Program-made: the position numbers and the translations under genes | The notes under the pieces: generated by a model | Told to the model about the DNA's origin: nothing | Databases searched by the model: none | Seen by the model: the letters and a program-made list of their open reading frames with translations, nothing else | From: Granulicella rosea | GTDB lineage: Bacteria > Acidobacteriota > Terriglobia > Terriglobales > Acidobacteriaceae | Direction: 5' to 3' | DNA: 40,000 nucleotides | Assembly: GCF_900188085.1 (NCBI RefSeq) | Contig: NZ_FZOU01000015.1 | Span: forward strand, 14,644-54,643 | Shown: one piece after another, positions 34,075-40,000 of the stretch | Position numbering within the stretch: the first letter of the stretch is position 1 | Layout: every line of letters begins with the position of its first letter

Positions 34075-35160
34075 CTAGGTCTCGCGAACGTTGTACGCCT
34101 TGTAGCCATGCTTGATGACCAGGGCGTCGCGCTCGGCGGCGGCCAGATCGCTCGCAACCATCTCCTTGACGAGTTCGTCGAAGCTGGTGCGGGGAACCCA
34201 GCCGAGCTCGGTCTTCGCCTTGGTCGGATCGCCCAGCAGGGTCTCGACCTCGGTCGGGCGGAAGTAGCGCGGATCGACGGCGACGACAACCTTGCCATCC
34301 TTGTCCACGGCCTTCTCGTCCACACCAGTGCCAGACCAGGTCAGGTCCAGCTCCAGCAGCTCGCAGCAGCGCTGGATGAACTCGCGCACGCTGTACTGCA
34401 CGCCGGTCGCGATGACGTAATCGACGGGCTTCTCCTGCTGCAGCATCATCCACTGCATCTCGACGTAGTCGCGGGCATGACCCCAGTCGCGGCGAGCATC
34501 CAGGTTACCCATGAAGAGGTTTTCCTGAAGGCCGACCTTGATGCGCGACAGACCGCGCGTGATCTTGCGGGTGACGAAGGTCTCGCCGCGCAGCGGGCTC
34601 TCATGGTTGAAGAGCGTACCGTTGCAGGCGAACATGCCGTAGGCCTCGCGGTAGTTGACCACGATCCAGAAGCCGTACATCTTGGCGACGGCGTAGGGCG
34701 AACGCGGATAGAAGGGAGTCGTCTCCTTCTGCGGGATCTCCTGCACCAGACCGTAAAGCTCTGAAGTCGACGCCTGGTAGAACTTCGTCTTCTTCTCGAG
34801 GCCGAGGATGCGGATGGCCTCCAGCAGACGAAGCACGCCGAGCGCGTCCGAGTTCGCCGTGTACTCCGGCTCTTCGAACGAGACCTGCACATGCGACTGC
34901 GCGGCCAGGTTATAGACCTCGTCCGGCTGAACCTTCTGCATGATGTGGATCAGCGACGTCGAGTCCGTCATATCTCCGTAATGCAGAAAGAACTTAGGAT
35001 TCGGGTTATGCGGATCCTCATAGATGTGGTCGATACGCGCCGTGTTGAAGAGCGAGGTGCGACGCTTGATACCGTGAACCTCATACCCCTTCTTGAGGAG
35101 AAATTCCGCCAGATACGCGCCGTCCTGCCCGGTCACTCCCGTGATCAATGCCTTCTTCAA
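34075..35160 (-). CDS. gmd: GDP-mannose 4,6-dehydratase
   Basis: [40 protein letters not shown]...; SPYAVAKMY (YxxxK); [17 protein letters not shown]. Length 361 aa. Confidence 0.95.
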   Translation of the reverse strand: MKKALITGVTGQDGAYLAEFLLKKGYEVHGIKRRTSLFNTARIDHIYEDPHNPNPKFFLHYGDMTDSTSLIHIMQKVQPDEVYNLAAQSHVQVSFEEPEYTANSDALGVLRLLEAIRILGLEKKTKFYQASTSELYGLVQEIPQKETTPFYPRSPYAVAKMYGFWIVVNYREAYGMFACNGTLFNHESPLRGETFVTRKITRGLSRIKVGLQENLFMGNLDARRDWGHARDYVEMQWMMLQQEKPVDYVIATGVQYSVREFIQRCCELLELDLTWSGTGVDEKAVDKDGKVVVAVDPRYFRPTEVETLLGDPTKAKTELGWVPRTSFDELVKEMVASDLAAAERDALVIKHGYKAYNVRET

Positions 35161-35322
35161 AACGCACTCTCCTGCCCGAGATTCAAATTCAGATGATTTG
35201 TACTAGGTTACCTTGTTCTGAGATTTTGGTGCATATAGAAACGCACATCTAAATCCCAACCAGCCGGAGATGTCAACCGGCACAACACTCGGTACTATAA
35301 ACCAATCCACCTCTTTCCACAC

Positions 35323-35342
35323 GCTCCAATCGAGATTGGAGC
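35323..35342. promoter_or_regulatory. 9-2-9 perfect palindrome in the gmd / wcaF-like divergent control region
   Basis: The palindrome gctccaatc-ga-gattggagc sits in the AT-richer 358-bp region between the divergent start codons (35160 and 35519). Confidence 0.4.
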
Positions 35343-35518
35343 CGAGGGCGAAGGTGAGTTTACTTTTTTGTCGTGAAAACAGCGAAGGCTTGTTCTACGT
35401 TCACTTTACGGCAGCATCCGGGGAAACTCAATATCCCTCTTGGTGGGCAGGCACATACCTCCCACATGAGAGCATTGGAATACACAACCTCGAAAAGAGA
35501 TCGCGTAGGATAGAGACC

Positions 35519-36097
35519 ATGCATGATTCAGGAGGCCAACGGCGATACCAGGACCTGTCTCGGTTTACCGTACCGGCGAACTTCCGAGGCAAGCCAGCGT
35601 GGTTCGTTCAGATCTGGTGGATCGTTCAGACGCTTCTGTTTCATCCTTCGCCGCAGGGAATGTATGGCTGGAGAGCGTTTCTGCTTCGGGCCTTTGGCGC
35701 GAAGATCGGCAAGAATGTCATCATTCGACCGTCCGTTTCGATCGTTTACCCATGGAATCTCAGCATCGGCGACTATGCCTGGGTCGGAGACGAGACTGTA
35801 CTTTACACACTCGGCCGTATCTCGATCGGCAATCACGCCGTCGTCTCGCAGCGAAGCTACCTCTGCGCCGGCAGTCACGATTCGACCAAAATCGACTTCA
35901 CCATCACCAACGAACCTATTTCGATCGAGGACGAATGCTGGATCGCCTCCGATGTGTTCGTCTGTCCGGGAGTAAATATAGGATTTGGTACCATCGTTGC
36001 AGCGCGGAGCACCGTAACACGAAGTCTTCCCAGCGACTCGATCGCCATGGGTTCGCCGGCCAGGGTGGTAGCTCCACGGAAACCGAGCCACCAGTAA
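35519..36097 (+). CDS. wcaF: Hexapeptide-repeat (LbH) O-acetyltransferase, WcaF-like
   Basis: Start ATG at 35519 (MHDSGGQRRYQDLSRF...). The sequence GKPAWFVQIWWIVQTLLFHPSPQGMYGWRAFLLRAFGAKIGKNVIIRPSVSIVYPWNLSIGDYAWVGD...ISIGNHAVVSQRSYLCAGSHD follows the WcaF pattern. About 192 aa. Confidence 0.85.
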   Translation: MHDSGGQRRYQDLSRFTVPANFRGKPAWFVQIWWIVQTLLFHPSPQGMYGWRAFLLRAFGAKIGKNVIIRPSVSIVYPWNLSIGDYAWVGDETVLYTLGRISIGNHAVVSQRSYLCAGSHDSTKIDFTITNEPISIEDECWIASDVFVCPGVNIGFGTIVAARSTVTRSLPSDSIAMGSPARVVAPRKPSHQ

Positions 36098-36203
36098 GCG
36101 TTCTTGCTCCTCCATCGCAAACGTATGAGAACGATGAGTTTATGATGGGGCCTGGCGAAGGCGTGTCCGTCCTGCGCGGTAAAGATTCGATCTAAGGGAT
36201 AAA

Positions 36204-37445
36204 GTGCGCATTCTCATTTACGGCTTAAATTACTCGCCCGAACTCACTGGCATCGGTAAGTACTCGGGTGAGATGGGTGAGTGGCTAATCGAACGCGGAC
36301 ATGAGGTTCGTGTCGTGACGGCGCCGCCGTACTATCCCGCGTGGAAGGTCTGGGACGACTATCTTCCCAACCGGTACCGCACGGAAAAAGGCGCCAACAA
36401 CTCCGTCGTCTACCGTTGCCCCATTTATGTTCCCGCAGTGCCGACCGGCATGCGCCGCATGGCCCATCTGCTCTCGTTCATGTTGAGCAGTCTTCCCGTG
36501 CTTGGCAAGCTCGCCACCTGGGAACCGGATATCGTCATCACGGTTGAGCCGACCTTCTTCTGCGCTCCCATCGCCCTGCTCTTCGCCGCCTTCGGCAAGA
36601 GCGCCTCCTGGCTTCACATCCAGGACTTTGAGGTCGATGCGGCCTTCGATCTCGGTCTGCTGCCCGCCGAGGGCTTTCTGCATTGGTTAGCGCTTGAACT
36701 CGAAGACTTCTTTACGCATACGTTTTCGCGCGTCTCCAGCATCTCCAGGAAGATGGTGGAGCGCGCCGTGATCAAAGGCGTCGATCCCGCCAACGCCGTG
36801 CTCTTTCCCAACTGGGTCGACACCGATTTCATCCACCCACTCACCGGCCCCAACTCGTTTCGCAGGGAGCTGAGGCTGGACGATAAGATCGTTCTTCTTT
36901 ACTCCGGCAACCTGGGTAACAAGCAGGGTCTCGAGATCCTCGATCCGCTCTGCCAGTCCTTCAAGGACAATGACCGCGTCCACTTCCTCATCTGTGGCGA
37001 TGGCGCGCTGCGTCCCCATCTTGAAGAGCTTGCAGGCCGGCAGACCAACATCACACTGCTTCCGCTGCAGCCCCTCGACAGGCTGAACGAGCTGCTGAAC
37101 GCCGCAGACATCCATTTACTGCCACAGCGCGCCGGCGCCGCCGACCTGGTCATGCCTTCCAAGCTGACGGGGATGCTGTCCAGCGGCCGCCCTGTCGTCG
37201 CCACCGCCGTCCCGGACACTCAGGTGGCGTACATCATCGCGGGAGACAAGGGACACGCTCCGGCCGGTCTGATCGTCAACCCAGACGATGCCGTCGCCTT
37301 CCAGGGTGCGATCCAGAAGCTCATCGACGACCCGGAACTTCGCGCCACCCTTGGCGCCGCGGGCAGAGCATTTGCCGTCGATCAACTGGGCAAGACGGCC
37401 ATCCTGCTTCGCTTCGAACAAAGCCTGTTGGAGCTGCGCGCGTAA
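36204..37445 (+). CDS. wcaI: GT-B (family 4) glycosyltransferase, WcaI-like
   Basis: GTG start. MRILIYGLNYSPELTGIGKYSGEMGEWLIERGHEVRVVTAPPYYPAWKV is the characteristic WcaI N-terminus. Length 413 aa. Confidence 0.85.
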   Translation: MRILIYGLNYSPELTGIGKYSGEMGEWLIERGHEVRVVTAPPYYPAWKVWDDYLPNRYRTEKGANNSVVYRCPIYVPAVPTGMRRMAHLLSFMLSSLPVLGKLATWEPDIVITVEPTFFCAPIALLFAAFGKSASWLHIQDFEVDAAFDLGLLPAEGFLHWLALELEDFFTHTFSRVSSISRKMVERAVIKGVDPANAVLFPNWVDTDFIHPLTGPNSFRRELRLDDKIVLLYSGNLGNKQGLEILDPLCQSFKDNDRVHFLICGDGALRPHLEELAGRQTNITLLPLQPLDRLNELLNAADIHLLPQRAGAADLVMPSKLTGMLSSGRPVVATAVPDTQVAYIIAGDKGHAPAGLIVNPDDAVAFQGAIQKLIDDPELRATLGAAGRAFAVDQLGKTAILLRFEQSLLELRA

Positions 37446-37813
37446 GCTGTATCGATTTCGGTCAGCCGTCTTTCGCTATCCACTACCCACCACAAACGCT
37501 CATCATCCCGACCGAAGCAGCGGACAGTTTTCATCGTTCGCCACGCTCAGGAGGATGAGCGTTTGTGGCTGTATCTATTCGCTACGCCACCCTTCGAAAG
37601 CCTCCATCTCCAGCGTGAGGACCATCCGAAAACAGGGCATTTTAGCCCCTGCTGGACGCCCTGCGCTACACGCTGGTAATGCGTCCGCGAAGGCCTGTGT
37701 ACGAATGTGGCAGCGGGCCCGGTACTTTGGTGTGGCACGTTACTGTCCGCCTCCCCCAGCCCAAAAGTCGACGCCGATGAACGCCCTGAGCACGGTGCTC
37801 AAGGAGAGTTCGT

Positions 37814-40000
37814 ATGAAGATCAAAGGGTCGCAGAAGGCAGTAACGGTTGCGGTTTGTGGGTTGGCGATGGCGGCAGTATCGAGCGTTTCGCGCGCTCAG
37901 CAGATGACGGCATTGACGCTTCCGAATGCGCTGCCAACGGCCACAAGCACCTCGCCGCTGCCCGATGCTCCGATGCCGGCGGTCAAGTCCGCCGAGCCCG
38001 TCGCTCCGCGTGAGAGCGTGATGCAGAACATCGATGTGAGCGTTCGCGACGATGTCCATGCACAGTCGCCGGACGAGGGCGTGGCCCTCCATGCGACCGC
38101 CCAGGAGGTCAGCCTCGCGGCCGGTGCCTACAACGACGTTCCGCGCTACCTCCAGACCATGCCCGGCGTCTCCTTCGACACCGATGCGCGCAACACCTAC
38201 CTGGTGAATGGCGGCAACGCGATGGAGAACACCTTCGTCCTCGACGGCGTCGAGATGCCGAACATCAACCACATCAGCACCAACGGCTCCTCTGGCGGAT
38301 TCGTCTCCGTCATCGATACGAGCGCCATCTCCGACATCACCCTGCACAAGCAGCTTTATGGTTCGGAGTACGGCGGAACCCTGTCCTCGGTGCTCGATAT
38401 GCACACGCGTGTGCCCGAGAGCGACCAGCGTCACGGCGAGCTCGACCTGGGCTATGCCGGCTCCGGCTTCGTGCTCGAGCAGCCCATCGGCCGCATCGGT
38501 TCGACTCTGACCCAGTATCGCCACAGCATCGTGAACTATCTCACCAATGACATCGGTCTCGACGGTGTGCCGGATTACCACAGCATTCTTTCGACCTCGA
38601 CCATTGCGCTCAGCGACCGCGACACCATCAAGACGCTCTATCTCTCGTCGGGCGACACGCTGAACATCTCGCCGAACACCGAGGACCCGGATGACCCAAA
38701 CATTCTGAACACGCGCTTCGGCGGCAACCGCAGCACCGGCGCCGTGACCTGGCACCGCGCGGAGAAGAACGGCGGCAGCGATCTGCAGCTCAACTACTCC
38801 AGCGTGACCAGCACCACCAGCCAGACCAGCGCCTATAACAACGATGCGCCGGTCTACAGCGATCGCCTGAACGAGACGCCCATCACGATGAAGTACGACG
38901 CCTATCTCGAGACGAGCCGCGTTCACGTACAGGGCGGCTTCACCTGGAGCCATCACAGCATTGACTACAACATCAACCAGGCGCAGGGCTTCCCGACGCC
39001 GTACAGCCAGGATCCGACCCCGGTCGACGCCTCGAACACCTCCTACAACGGCGCTCCACACAACTATGCCGTGTACGGTGAAGGCACCGTGCGTGCGGTC
39101 GGCAAGCTGGAGCTACAGGCAGGCCTGCGCGGCGAGCACTGGGGCATCAACAACTCCGCCGCCTGGATGCCGCGTGCCGGCGCCAAGCTCGGCCTGGGCA
39201 AGCGCTCGTTCCTCTTCGGCGGCATCGGCAGCTACAGCCAGATGCCCTCGCTTCCGATCATGCTCGGCTACGCCTCGAACATCGGCCTGAAGCCGATGCG
39301 CAACGTGCAGACGCAGTTCGGCTTCAGCGCGATCGACAGGTTCGGCGGCCACTTCATGACCACCGTTTACACCCGCCGCTACTCCGACTATCCCGTCTCC
39401 ACGCAGTTCACCTCGCTCAGCCTGGCCGACATGGTCGACTCCTTCGGACAGCCGTACCTCTACATGCCGATGGTGAGCGCGGGCCGCGGCAAGGTGCTCG
39501 GCTTTGAAGCCCAGTACGAGACGAACATGAAGCGCCGCGTCTTCGCGCAGGTCAACCTCACCTCGCGCTCGGTGCAGCACACCGCTCTCGATGGCGTCTG
39601 GCGCCGCGCGAACTACGACATGCCGATCCTTGGGAACCTGCTGGGCGGCGTACGCCTCAGCCGCCGCCAGGTCCTGACCGGACGCTACAGCTACCACTCC
39701 GGCACGCCGTATACGCCGTTCCTGCTCGACGAGTCGTACAACCAGCAACGCGAGATCTACGACCTGTCGCAGGTCAACGCAATGCGCGGAACCAGCTACG
39801 CCCGCATGGACCTTCGCTATGAGATCAACCTGCCCGTGCGCCACAAGAACCTGAAGATCTACTCCGGCATGGAGAACGTGCTGGGACGCAGCAACTTCTA
39901 CCAGTACGTGATGCTGCACGATGCATACTGGGGCCACACGCCCTACGCTCTGACCCAGATGGGACGCTACATGGACGGCGGTATGTCCTGGAGCTTCTAA
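37814..40000 (+). CDS. TonB-dependent-receptor-like outer-membrane beta-barrel protein
   Basis: Signal peptide MKIKGSQKAVTVAVCGLAMAAVSSVSRAQQ. Plug-like segment DVPRYLQTMPGVSFDTDARNTYLVNGGNAMENTFVLDGVEMPN. Long barrel ending in the OMP C-terminal signature ...GGMSWSF-stop. It is complete within the window. Confidence 0.7.
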   Translation: MKIKGSQKAVTVAVCGLAMAAVSSVSRAQQMTALTLPNALPTATSTSPLPDAPMPAVKSAEPVAPRESVMQNIDVSVRDDVHAQSPDEGVALHATAQEVSLAAGAYNDVPRYLQTMPGVSFDTDARNTYLVNGGNAMENTFVLDGVEMPNINHISTNGSSGGFVSVIDTSAISDITLHKQLYGSEYGGTLSSVLDMHTRVPESDQRHGELDLGYAGSGFVLEQPIGRIGSTLTQYRHSIVNYLTNDIGLDGVPDYHSILSTSTIALSDRDTIKTLYLSSGDTLNISPNTEDPDDPNILNTRFGGNRSTGAVTWHRAEKNGGSDLQLNYSSVTSTTSQTSAYNNDAPVYSDRLNETPITMKYDAYLETSRVHVQGGFTWSHHSIDYNINQAQGFPTPYSQDPTPVDASNTSYNGAPHNYAVYGEGTVRAVGKLELQAGLRGEHWGINNSAAWMPRAGAKLGLGKRSFLFGGIGSYSQMPSLPIMLGYASNIGLKPMRNVQTQFGFSAIDRFGGHFMTTVYTRRYSDYPVSTQFTSLSLADMVDSFGQPYLYMPMVSAGRGKVLGFEAQYETNMKRRVFAQVNLTSRSVQHTALDGVWRRANYDMPILGNLLGGVRLSRRQVLTGRYSYHSGTPYTPFLLDESYNQQREIYDLSQVNAMRGTSYARMDLRYEINLPVRHKNLKIYSGMENVLGRSNFYQYVMLHDAYWGHTPYALTQMGRYMDGGMSWSF

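Noticed and set aside
5973-40000. The TBDR fragment and the intact TBDR 3' end as attL/attR-type direct repeats of one 34-kb genomic island
   Set aside because: The two copies are only moderately similar and carry many substitutions, so they are not short identical core sites. The fragment lies upstream of the intact gene, not downstream as expected for 3'-end-targeting integrases. No integrase is present. I kept it only as a rearrangement scar.
1-40000. tRNA, rRNA, tmRNA, riboswitch or retron/DGR elements
   Set aside because: Reading the intergenic regions, I found no cloverleaf-compatible segments, rRNA-like conserved blocks, reverse-transcriptase ORFs or template/variable repeat pairs. 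A covariance-model scan (tRNAscan-SE/Infernal) would be the decisive check.

Overview
High-GC (about 60% by eye) bacterial chromosomal segment. Its gene content suggests an Acidobacteriota/Terriglobia-like genome, but that is inference only. There are three parts. (1) 1-6.3 kb is a mosaic accessory stretch. It holds an Lrp/AsnC regulator, an MBOAT (AlgI/DltB-like) O-acyltransferase with an SGNH/DltD-like partner, and a 5'-truncated second copy of the Lrp gene carrying an in-frame stop. After these come a BrnT/BrnA toxin-antitoxin pair, ugd with a clean terminator, and a decayed 3' fragment of a TonB-dependent-receptor-like gene whose intact paralog ends the window. (2) 6.3-10.2 kb is a decayed plasmid/ICE-like module. 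It has a translationally coupled HTH(excisionase-like)-ParA-winged-helix operon, weak remnants of a type IV coupling protein, and a DDE transposase remnant. The operon is decorated by a private palindromic motif family (GTTTCATCCCC / GGGGATGAAAC). This family forms five clusters, three of them embedded in-frame inside the winged-helix protein gene. (3) 10.2-37.4 kb is a Wzx/Wzy-dependent, colanic-acid-like polysaccharide locus. It contains wzi, WcaC-, WcaD/Wzy- and WcaE-like genes, wzc, wza, a WcaM-like beta-helix protein, an AT3-SGNH O-acyltransferase, wzx, fcl, gmd, wcaF-like and wcaI-like genes. An 8.5-kb gene sits in the operon position directly after the WcaE-like gene. It encodes a roughly 2850-aa lipoprotein built from five tandem super-modules of about 1.5 kb, each with two chitobiase/hexosaminidase-C-type Ig-like domains and an NHL beta-propeller. 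A complete TonB-dependent-receptor-like gene ends the window (37814-40000). I found no rRNA, tRNA or CRISPR array. The many long ORFs antisense to real genes are high-GC artefacts. The items most worth a second look are the motif-decorated ParA module, the giant repeat lipoprotein wired into the polysaccharide operon, and the two gene scars (lrp, TBDR) that record how the region was assembled.
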